Below the pieces are notes generated by a model that saw only the letters and a program-made list of their open reading frames with translations, was not told where the DNA came from and did not search any database. Below are positions 38,932-46,648 of a DNA stretch of 64,000 nt, piece by piece. The stretch is taken from the sequence record MZ622713.1. One strand, 5' to 3'. The translations under genes were made by a program, and so were the position numbers. Each line of letters starts with the position of its first letter. Positions within the stretch are counted from its first letter, which is position 1.

Positions 38932-39619
38932 AGATCAACAATGGGCGGCTCTAAACATCGCCATTGAGAAACATTACCTTCAAGGTAACGCTCGTGAACT
39001 CATCCTAAACGAACTTGGTATCAGTGAAACTTGCATCCATCATTTGTATTCTGGACGCGGGGACCTAACGCTACATAATCAAATCACCGAACTCCGTATG
39101 TTAAAGGCTAAGAGTTTGTTGGATGACCGATCGATCAAAATCCCTGACATTGCTAAGATGGTTGGTTACAAGGCTGGTAAATCCTTAAGAGAACATTTCA
39201 CTAAGTATTACGGAATGTCTCCTTCGGACTATCGCTTACGTCCTAAGTTCGATGAGCTGACGGAAAAGTTATTTTATCGTCACCCTAAGCTCAACCCGAC
39301 CAGACAACTCGCAGTGAATAACTACGTAAAGCAAAACTGTCGTTCTTCAGAAACCACGGTATATGCAGTAGCTGAGAAATTTGGATTGACTACCAAGGAA
39401 GTAGAGTTGGTTATTAAAGAACACCACGGGAAGAGCTTTAAAGATCATCTAGTGAGTCTGCGGTTGACCCATGTGAGTTCTCGTTTAACCCGTAGTCATA
39501 AGACGGTTCGAGAATTAGCCAAAGAAGCTGGGTTCATTGATTTCTCTTTCTTTGTTAGAAAGTTCGAAAAAGAATATGGCATGGGACCTAACCAATACCG
39601 TACTTGGACTCGTCTGTGA
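38921..39619 (+). CDS. Protein with two tandem AraC/MarA-type HTH domains
   Basis: LRMLKAKSLL...IPDIAKMVGY...FTKYYGMSPSDYR; then ...VRELAKEAGF.D.S.F.RKFEKEYGMGPNQYR. GTG start overlapping the previous stop. Confidence 0.85.
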   Translation: MLTKDQQWAALNIAIEKHYLQGNARELILNELGISETCIHHLYSGRGDLTLHNQITELRMLKAKSLLDDRSIKIPDIAKMVGYKAGKSLREHFTKYYGMSPSDYRLRPKFDELTEKLFYRHPKLNPTRQLAVNNYVKQNCRSSETTVYAVAEKFGLTTKEVELVIKEHHGKSFKDHLVSLRLTHVSSRLTRSHKTVRELAKEAGFIDFSFFVRKFEKEYGMGPNQYRTWTRL

Positions 39620-39647
39620 TTATTTCTTTACCAGATGTCAATTGTAT

Positions 39648-40220
39648 GTAAGCGATGCAAATAACTGAACTTTCTAGTCTAGCGAATCCGAACAACTTGG
39701 TGTATACCGCGTGATCAGTCTAGTACGTTAGATTCTTTAGAGTGTCGCTTACAACCTTTTACTCTTAATCACTGGCGTGTTAGGTGTATAAAGTGCAGAT
39801 CGTCGCCCCCACGACGATCCCTATCCCTTCAGCCCAGAGACTCCTTAGTTTAACAAACATCGATGTGTTATTCTCTCTGGGCTGAACCCTATAAACCCGG
39901 TAGCTCTGACTATTTCCCTTGTCACCTTAGTTGCCTATTGTTGCCGGGTCCCTATTCAAACGGAAGTCGAGCCTTCTGTTTGTAGGACGGCAGTGCCTTT
40001 AACACTACCGTCCACAGCGGTTGACCCCCTGACCGCTTTAGAAATGAGAGTGTTTTCTTCAGCTCCAAACATTCTGATAAGGGGTTGCTATGCTGAGGCT
40101 AGCCGGCTGAGCTTTCGACCGCACAAAGACTAATGTCTTTTGAGAGCTCAGTTCGGATACGTTCAGTAAAGATGTATCATTCCACTGCTTCACCATCCCA
40201 TGAGGGATGGTGCTTTTTTG
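39648..40220 (+). ncRNA. Candidate ~570-nt highly structured non-coding RNA, not matching any family I recognise
   Basis: No ORF on either strand. At least eight 7-15 bp stems, with G-U wobbles mostly favouring the + strand. TATG (phiKZ late promoter, +1 = G) at 39645-39648 coincides with the first stem base. Ends in an intrinsic terminator. Confidence 0.75.
40191..40220 (+). terminator. Intrinsic terminator closing the structured RNA
   Basis: CACCATCCC-ATGA-GGGATGGTG followed by CTTTTTTG. Confidence 0.8.
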
Positions 40221-40259
40221 CATTTTAAATATTTTAACGAAACTTTAAAGGAGTTTTAT

Positions 40260-41225
40260 ATGTCTACATTGCGTGCATGGTGTGTTGGTGGTGCTGGTAT
40301 CAACGTTGGCTCGGCTTGGAGAAAATCCCTAGACCGTTTGCAAGTAGCCGAAGTTGATTTTGTTGGTTTAGATACCTCCACAAACAACCGCCCAGATGAC
40401 GACGCCTTTGTGGTAGAATCTCTAGCCAACACTCGTGGTGGTGGTAAGAAGCGTACTCTAAACCGTGACCTCATCCCTGATTTTGTGAAGCAAATGTTGG
40501 TGAAACATCGCCCGGGCGATTTCAACGTTGTTATCTACAGTGGTGCAGGTGCTTCTGGTTCTACTATCGGTCCATTCCTAGTTCGTGCTATGATGGATGC
40601 TGGTATTCCGGTGGTGTCTTTCTTGATCTTGGATCAAACAACAGACATCGAATTTGAAAACACATTGGCGACCCTTCGTTCCCTTGACGGTCAGCGTAAG
40701 CATTTCAACATGCCTGTTGTTCTTGATGTATTACAAAACAACGAACGTATGACCCGTGGGCAAATGAATGATATCGCCGTAGATCGTCTGAACCTTCTAA
40801 GCTTGTTCTTAACTGACAAACATGAAGAAGCAGACTATGAAGATATCCGTCACCTACTAAACTACTCTAGTGTGATCGATATCCCACCTGCGCTAACCCG
40901 TATCGAGTACTACGATGCTGAAACCCTAGACCAACGTCAAGGTGTTGCTGTAGCTAGTTACTCTTTGTACGACCAGCGTGATAATGTTCGTTCTGTTCAA
41001 ATTGGTAAGGGTTACCGTGTGACTGGTGTAATGTATCCTGACACACGCACTCCTAACAAAACAGGTGAGTTGCACATGATGTTGGAGTACGATAGCATCA
41101 CCGAACAAATCCTAGAAGACTTGGAGCGTTCTGAACAACAAGCCGTGGAACGTCAGTCACGTTTCAATAAAGTTCGTCCTAAAGACCTCACAGAAGGCGC
41201 TGACGGCGATTCAATGGTTTGGTAA
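40260..41225 (+). CDS. phuZ: Phage tubulin PhuZ
   Basis: CVGGAGINVG, GGGKKR and tubulin signature-like YSGAGASGSTIGP motifs; acidic C-terminal tail ending DSMVW. Start set at ATG 40260 behind AAGGAG. Confidence 0.92.
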   Translation: MSTLRAWCVGGAGINVGSAWRKSLDRLQVAEVDFVGLDTSTNNRPDDDAFVVESLANTRGGGKKRTLNRDLIPDFVKQMLVKHRPGDFNVVIYSGAGASGSTIGPFLVRAMMDAGIPVVSFLILDQTTDIEFENTLATLRSLDGQRKHFNMPVVLDVLQNNERMTRGQMNDIAVDRLNLLSLFLTDKHEEADYEDIRHLLNYSSVIDIPPALTRIEYYDAETLDQRQGVAVASYSLYDQRDNVRSVQIGKGYRVTGVMYPDTRTPNKTGELHMMLEYDSITEQILEDLERSEQQAVERQSRFNKVRPKDLTEGADGDSMVW

Positions 41226-41245
41226 TACCTAAGTAACTCTTAACT

Positions 41246-41282
41246 ACGTATGGCATCTTCTAGGTGCCATACGTTTATTTTT
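41246..41282 (+). terminator. Intrinsic terminator after phuZ
   Basis: ACGTATGGCATC/GGTGCCATACGT stem plus TTATTTTTT. Confidence 0.8.
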
Positions 41283-41316
41283 TATATTTTTAGTTTTATT
41301 AAAAACGGGAAGGTAT

Positions 41317-41610
41317 ATGAGCAGAACTTGTCTCAAAATGGTTACTGTGTGTCTCAATGAATACACTGAACTAATGAACAATGAACATTCCGTTTTTAAT
41401 GGAATTGCTTTAGTTCATGAAGCTTTAATCAATTTAGGATATCACGTGCTGAATCTTCACACATCCTTTGAGGATAATGCGAAGTTACACCCAGCTCGTG
41501 TCTTTATTCAAACTGCCCTTGCTGATCAAACGAACGGAATATCGACTGATGTCGATGTTGTAGTTCGTCCATCGATGCCGGGGTGTTATGCAGTCATGTT
41601 TTTTCAATAA
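41317..41610 (+). CDS. Hypothetical protein (97 aa)
   Basis: RBS GGAAGG. Confidence 0.6.
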   Translation: MSRTCLKMVTVCLNEYTELMNNEHSVFNGIALVHEALINLGYHVLNLHTSFEDNAKLHPARVFIQTALADQTNGISTDVDVVVRPSMPGCYAVMFFQ

Positions 41611-41619
41611 GAGGTTTTT

Positions 41620-42093
41620 ATGTACGTTGTCAACACGGGTAAGATTATGCAAGATCTACTCACGTTCGATAAATTGGATTTCGATGACATCTTAATTCAC
41701 GGTTATGCACACGCTTTACTCGAAGATGTTTTACGTGTATTTAACTCTAAGGACTTTGACCAAGCTTACGACCGTGTGGGTCACATGACCACATTGTTGG
41801 GAAATAATACTGCGGTGGAAGTTATTTATATGGACTTGTTGGACCAACTAAGAAGCTACGCTCGTCGCTCTGGTTGGGACCCTCGAATCCGTATGAAGAT
41901 CTGCGAAGATAAAAATGTCAAAGATCGTAAAGGTATCATCCACCAAGTTCTGCTAGTAATGGATTTAGACGCCACGGCAGAGGCTTTGTGGGAAGAGCCA
42001 GATACAACAACTTCTTTAGGAGAACTTGTAAGTGACAACCCAAGTCAAGATGACATATCAAAACTCATCATCGACTCGATCGATAATGGTTGA
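41620..42093 (+). CDS. Hypothetical protein (157 aa)
   Basis: RBS AGAGG; acidic C-terminus. Confidence 0.65.
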   Translation: MYVVNTGKIMQDLLTFDKLDFDDILIHGYAHALLEDVLRVFNSKDFDQAYDRVGHMTTLLGNNTAVEVIYMDLLDQLRSYARRSGWDPRIRMKICEDKNVKDRKGIIHQVLLVMDLDATAEALWEEPDTTTSLGELVSDNPSQDDISKLIIDSIDNG

Positions 42094-42610
42094 TCTGGAA
42101 GAAACTAATATCTTGGTAAAGGAATTGATGTATGAGAACGATCTTCGATCAATTCCTAAGAATAAGATTTCGGATGTCATGGCCGGTCTTATTCAGCGCG
42201 CGGTTAAAGAACTGTGTGAACATGACTTATTCACGTTCACTCGCACTCCTTCGGACCCGGTCAAATACGAGCCGTATTATTTTCACGACCGTATAAAAGA
42301 CCTAGTTGAATTCCAATTCATATCCATTTTTCCGGTGTATGATGAAACTCTTTTATTGCGATACTACACAGCAGAAACATTAGAAGAGATCACTCAAGAT
42401 TTGTTATACACCATAACCAAAAAGCTGTACTCCATTATACCGAACACTAAATTCAGTCACGAGGTGAAAGTATCTTTGCCTCACACTGGTTTCATTATAG
42501 CGGAAGTACATGAAGACGATTTAGAGGAATGCCATGCTGACGATATATCAGATGCAACCGATAGCGGACTTCATCCAGAGGCGTTGCTTAACGGACTTTA
42601 CTGGAATTGA
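42086..42610 (+). CDS. Hypothetical protein (start probably ATG 42086)
   Basis: Overlaps the previous stop; the ORF track gives 42032. Confidence 0.6.
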   Translation: MVDLEETNILVKELMYENDLRSIPKNKISDVMAGLIQRAVKELCEHDLFTFTRTPSDPVKYEPYYFHDRIKDLVEFQFISIFPVYDETLLLRYYTAETLEEITQDLLYTITKKLYSIIPNTKFSHEVKVSLPHTGFIIAEVHEDDLEECHADDISDATDSGLHPEALLNGLYWN

Positions 42611-42917
42611 CCAAGCCGGGTTGCTGCACGCGTTTTTCTACACTGCGTATGAGAATGCGGTGAGCTGGGGAACGGAAACAGCCATAGACCAAGCCAAATC
42701 CGGAATGCTAGGCAACTTACTACGTTCAATGATATTTCCAGAGAAACAAAACGACTTCCCTTGGCTGCTAGTTGATGCGGAGCTGGTAGCCTTAGGGATT
42801 TTCTTAGTTGAAGAAATCGGTGCTATCCTAGATGGTAACGAAATCATTTCTTACAACCCTCTGCCTAATGTCGATGAACCAAAATCAATGATGTTGGAGA
42901 TTGTACATGAGCTTTAA
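42534..42917 (+). CDS. Hypothetical protein
   Basis: ORF overlapping both neighbours; start uncertain. Confidence 0.55.
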   Translation: MLTIYQMQPIADFIQRRCLTDFTGIDQAGLLHAFFYTAYENAVSWGTETAIDQAKSGMLGNLLRSMIFPEKQNDFPWLLVDAELVALGIFLVEEIGAILDGNEIISYNPLPNVDEPKSMMLEIVHEL

Positions 42918-43230
42918 ATTCTCACACAATTTTACCGTACCGCCGGCGACTGACATAGAAGCCTTAATGACTTTTATTGCGCGCTTACTTAGTGCCCATC
43001 AGGTTCCGGCGAACATACAAACCTTAGGGGTGGCTGAACTAGACCACCCGATAGAAGCGTCTAAGGTTCTTCTAATGCAAGAGGCTTATCGCTTGAATGA
43101 AACGATCAGTAGCTTGAAATCACAATACTCAGTTGTTACCGTTGATGATGCTCGCATGGCTGGAGTCCAAGTAATGATAACATTCAACTGTTCGGGGGAC
43201 CGATCAAATGAATTTATTTCTCTTGGCTAG
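42901..43230 (+). CDS. Hypothetical protein
   Basis: ORF overlapping both neighbours; start uncertain (ATG 42907 possible). Confidence 0.55.
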   Translation: MYMSFKFSHNFTVPPATDIEALMTFIARLLSAHQVPANIQTLGVAELDHPIEASKVLLMQEAYRLNETISSLKSQYSVVTVDDARMAGVQVMITFNCSGDRSNEFISLG

Positions 43231-43537
43231 TGTGGATTACCCCCGTATGGCTCAGTATGTCAACAGCCTGTATGATAATGATCAGTGGGTATTGACTAGT
43301 GAGACACTCGGCACCCACCTAGCCGATCACCTCTTTAAGTTGAATGATCAAGGGTCAGATCCCGACCCATGTCTAACGGACATGATCATTGAGGACCAAT
43401 TGCAGCTAGGTAGTTTTGTCCCAGTGATGAAAGATTTTACGGCCAAGGTTCTGTATCCGGATAATGGCATTCCTTGTCATTGTCCCATGATCATCTTAAT
43501 GGACCGGTCGTATTATGATCATTTCTATAGGCAATAA
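43208..43537 (+). CDS. Hypothetical protein (109 aa)
   Basis: RBS GGGGA; overlaps the previous stop. Confidence 0.55.
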   Translation: MNLFLLASVDYPRMAQYVNSLYDNDQWVLTSETLGTHLADHLFKLNDQGSDPDPCLTDMIIEDQLQLGSFVPVMKDFTAKVLYPDNGIPCHCPMIILMDRSYYDHFYRQ

Positions 43538-43567
43538 CTGTCTACGTCAACCATAGGAGTAACTAAC

Positions 43568-43975
43568 GTGATCTACAACATCGGTGATGAAGATCGCATC
43601 AGTTTTCGTATCGTTGAATCCGGTCTGATGAACAGCACTTTCGAAGGTGTGATTTATCAAGGTACAGTGTCTTACGCTGTCGCTTTGCAACTCACCCAAG
43701 ATATCAACATCAAACACCAGAATCTGCGTGCGTACTTTAAAGCTGATTTCCCTAACGCCATCAATCCTTCTGACTACAAATACATTTTGGTTAAACACCT
43801 TAATGGTAAAGTTGAAGCGATTGGCGAACCATGGATTGTGAAGAATTCACTTAAAGTGGTTAACGTCCAGTCCAAAGTAATTACGATTACTAACTGGTCT
43901 GAGTGGTTTAACGACCCTATCGAAGATCTACTGACTTCTTTAGGTGCGACTTTCACCATCAAAGATAAAGAGTAA
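43568..43975 (+). CDS. Conserved phiKZ-like hypothetical protein (135 aa, SH3-like beta-rich)
   Basis: GTG start with RBS AGGAG, high-expression codon usage, own terminator. Confidence 0.65.
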   Translation: MIYNIGDEDRISFRIVESGLMNSTFEGVIYQGTVSYAVALQLTQDINIKHQNLRAYFKADFPNAINPSDYKYILVKHLNGKVEAIGEPWIVKNSLKVVNVQSKVITITNWSEWFNDPIEDLLTSLGATFTIKDKE

Positions 43976-43981
43976 CTTATC

Positions 43982-44012
43982 CTACCCTGTCCATTCGGGC
44001 AGGGTAGTTTCC
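43982..44012 (+). terminator. Intrinsic terminator
   Basis: CTACCCTGTCC-ATTC-GGGCAGGGTAG followed by TTT. Confidence 0.7.
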
Positions 44013-44040
44013 ACATTATTATTTTTTTTTTCGGTGTTTT

Positions 44041-44478
44041 ATGACTCAGCAATTTGAACAAGAACTGCAATACAACTTGGAACGTCATGAGGAATGGTCG
44101 AAGAGTTTTCCTAACATCAAACTTCAACCTTATCGTGGGCCGTTTAAGCATCTAGATTTAGAGCAAACATGGTTTTGTCCCCGTTGTCGTAATCTTAACA
44201 AACCCCTAGTGCTATCCACCAACAAGCTTACACTGTTTTGTACTGCACCCGCTCATACGTGCGAATACAGCTACAGTAATTTTGAAGAACGAACTCGACG
44301 TAAGAGCTATTTAGGCGAAGGTTATTCTCTCCCATTGTCTCTTAGCGATGTAACACAAATCACCATCGGTAAGTTGCAAAAAGAGCACGAAGATAACATC
44401 CGTAAGAAAGAAGATCTCGATCTACGGAATGAAGAAATCCACAACCATATTATAAAGTTACAACGGACCTTGCAGTAA
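44041..44478 (+). CDS. Zn-ribbon protein with C-terminal coiled coil
   Basis: WFCPRC...FCTAPAHTC motif followed by a heptad-like tail. Confidence 0.6.
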   Translation: MTQQFEQELQYNLERHEEWSKSFPNIKLQPYRGPFKHLDLEQTWFCPRCRNLNKPLVLSTNKLTLFCTAPAHTCEYSYSNFEERTRRKSYLGEGYSLPLSLSDVTQITIGKLQKEHEDNIRKKEDLDLRNEEIHNHIIKLQRTLQ

Positions 44479-44538
44479 ACCAAAACTCCAAGGTAAATGA
44501 TCTAGCACACTTAAAATTTTTTACTTTGGAGTGATACA

Positions 44539-46611
44539 ATGATACAACCTATGTTGTCTCCTTTTGTGGATCCGGATTATCATTCTGATAGAAACATCGT
44601 GAAACATTATCACGATCAGATGATCACCTACTTACAAAAACGATTCAAGGTGACCGCTGAACAAGCAGCCCAAGTCATAAAGAAGCGCATGCGCCCTAAC
44701 CAAGGCGAATACCAAGACCGTAAGTTTAAGGTCCTTGAAAAGAATAAATTTGGTGACCGTGAACTTAAAGTCATGACCGCCAGTCAGTTCTTCCAAAACG
44801 TTCAAGAAAACAACTACCACCTAAGTCCATCTTTGGTGGGTTACAAGAACTCAGAAGAAGAACAATCAGTAAACTCAATCGGTACCGAACGTTTCCTTAA
44901 ACTTCGTAAGCTTTACAAAAACAAACGACAAGACGCCAAAGGTACTGGTGACAAATGGGCAGAGAAGACTTATGACGTTATTCAAAACGCATTGAAAATC
45001 TTCAACAACGCTCAGTCGGGTGCAATGTCTTCCAACGGTACTCCGCTAGTAAACAAGTCGGGTCACACATCCATGACCTCCACGTGTCGCGGTCTGACCT
45101 CCACGGCAAACATTTGTAATGAGAAGTTCCTAGCAGGTAACCGACTCTATAACACTTTCGAGAACACCTTACAAAACATCATCGCTACCGTGCAATATAC
45201 AGACCTCAAGCGTATGCAAGAAGTCATGGATAAGCACAACATGCGACATGCGACTGTAGAAGAAGTGATGAACATGATTCGTCACTCTACTGGTCGTTAC
45301 TGGCGTAATGCTTCTCGTATGCAAATCATCGAAGAAATGGTTAACACATTCCATCCGGTCGAACTGACCGCGTTGTTGTGTGTTCTTGACTTGGAAGGTT
45401 TGCGTGTTACCAACTGTAAAGTGTTGTACGAGCTACTGGATGATTTCTCTTTAGTTCCTGAAATCCCAGAGGACGCTAAAGCTGAAGATTACCCTAAACC
45501 AGATACCGGAGACCGTTACGTACTTTGTGTGTCTAAGATTGTTGGGGAAGCATCTCAACTTCAAATCAACCATTTGAATGCTTGGCATTTACAATGTGAG
45601 CAGAAGTGGTTCGATTTCATTGAAGTGTTCTTGAAGCAAGACATTCCACCATCTGGTGTGTACAACATCAAAGACATGATTCGCGAAGTAGTATTGACGT
45701 CGGATACCGACTCGTCTATCTACACTGTGGACACAGTAGTTGACCAGTACACCAAAGACCGTGCGACTTCACTACGTACTAACGGCGTATTGACTTACTT
45801 CATTCGTATGATCGCGGTGCATCAACACGCTCAGTTCTCTGAGAACATGAACGTAGCGAAACGTTTCCGTTACCGCTTGAACATGAAAAACGAATACTTG
45901 TTTGGCGCTTATGTAACAACCACTATGTCTAAACACTACTACGCGACTCAGCTCATGGTAGAGGGTGTGATGAACAAAGAGGTTGAAATGGAGATTAAAG
46001 GTGTGCATCTACGGTCGGCTAAGATTGCGGCTAAGATTAAAGCCTTTGCTCACGGCCTAATGCGGGAAGTGCTTGATGCCATCCACGAACACCGACAGCT
46101 CGATGCGGCTGATGTACTTTATCGTGCTGCTGAACTGGAACGTGAAATCATTGCGGATATTGAAGCGGGTGACTGGGCGTGGTTGACTAAGTCGACTATT
46201 AAGGATGCGGAAGTTTATTCTAAACCAGAATCGTCTGTATTCCAATACCACGTTCTATGGGAAAAGATTTTCTCTAAGCAATACGGACATGCCCCAGAGT
46301 TACCTTACACGGCAATCAAGGTGAATGCAAAAACGCTAAACCGTGCTACTATCAGTGAGTGGATGGAAACACTACCTGCTGAAATGAAGAAAAGCGCTGA
46401 GAGTCATTTATCAGATACAACTAAGCTAACCACCATTTATGTGCCTGAGGAATGTTTAGGTGCAGAAGGGATTCCTAAAGAAGTGATTCGTGCGGCAGAC
46501 ATTCGTTCTATCATCAAACAGAACTTGAAATGTGTATACGCAGTATTGGAGTCTTTGGGGTTGTTTATCGTTAATGAGAAAATAACTCGACTAATAAGTG
46601 ATGAGCATTAA
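44539..46611 (+). CDS. Family B DNA polymerase, palm/thumb subunit (phiKZ gp50-like split polymerase)
   Basis: Motif B-like QNALKIFNNAQSG, motif C TSDTDSSIY, KHYYA and KGVHL. No N-terminal exonuclease domain. Confidence 0.88.
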   Translation: MIQPMLSPFVDPDYHSDRNIVKHYHDQMITYLQKRFKVTAEQAAQVIKKRMRPNQGEYQDRKFKVLEKNKFGDRELKVMTASQFFQNVQENNYHLSPSLVGYKNSEEEQSVNSIGTERFLKLRKLYKNKRQDAKGTGDKWAEKTYDVIQNALKIFNNAQSGAMSSNGTPLVNKSGHTSMTSTCRGLTSTANICNEKFLAGNRLYNTFENTLQNIIATVQYTDLKRMQEVMDKHNMRHATVEEVMNMIRHSTGRYWRNASRMQIIEEMVNTFHPVELTALLCVLDLEGLRVTNCKVLYELLDDFSLVPEIPEDAKAEDYPKPDTGDRYVLCVSKIVGEASQLQINHLNAWHLQCEQKWFDFIEVFLKQDIPPSGVYNIKDMIREVVLTSDTDSSIYTVDTVVDQYTKDRATSLRTNGVLTYFIRMIAVHQHAQFSENMNVAKRFRYRLNMKNEYLFGAYVTTTMSKHYYATQLMVEGVMNKEVEMEIKGVHLRSAKIAAKIKAFAHGLMREVLDAIHEHRQLDAADVLYRAAELEREIIADIEAGDWAWLTKSTIKDAEVYSKPESSVFQYHVLWEKIFSKQYGHAPELPYTAIKVNAKTLNRATISEWMETLPAEMKKSAESHLSDTTKLTTIYVPEECLGAEGIPKEVIRAADIRSIIKQNLKCVYAVLESLGLFIVNEKITRLISDEH

Positions 46612-46614
46612 TAA

Positions 46615-46640
46615 CTCCGTACGGGATATCCCGTACGGAG
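46615..46640. terminator. Bidirectional terminator; perfect 26-bp palindrome
   Basis: CTCCGTACGGGATATCCCGTACGGAG lies between convergent genes. Confidence 0.75.
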
Positions 46641-46648
46641 CTACTTCT

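Noticed and set aside
39798-40037. CRISPR-like mini-array
   Set aside because: The hairpins differ in sequence and only a 6-nt linker repeats; there is no repeat-spacer periodicity and no cas genes.
39648-40220. Group I or group II intron
   Set aside because: CAGAGACT at 39835 resembles the group I R element, but it is buried in a 13-bp stem with no matching S/P7 partner. No domain V was found, and the element does not interrupt a gene.
39648-40220. tmRNA, RNase P RNA or tRNA cluster
   Set aside because: GCAAATAAC near the 5' end looks like a tmRNA resume codon but is followed at once by TGA. There is no acceptor stem or CCA end, no GAGGAAAGUCC RNase P core and no cloverleaf with T-loop.
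40200-40259. PhuZ start at 40200 as given by the ORF track
   Set aside because: That ATG lies in the loop of a terminator hairpin with no RBS; ATG 40260 follows AAGGAG.
43774-44151. 125-aa minus-strand ORF spanning the terminator
   Set aside because: It overlaps two better-supported plus-strand genes and their terminator, and has no RBS.
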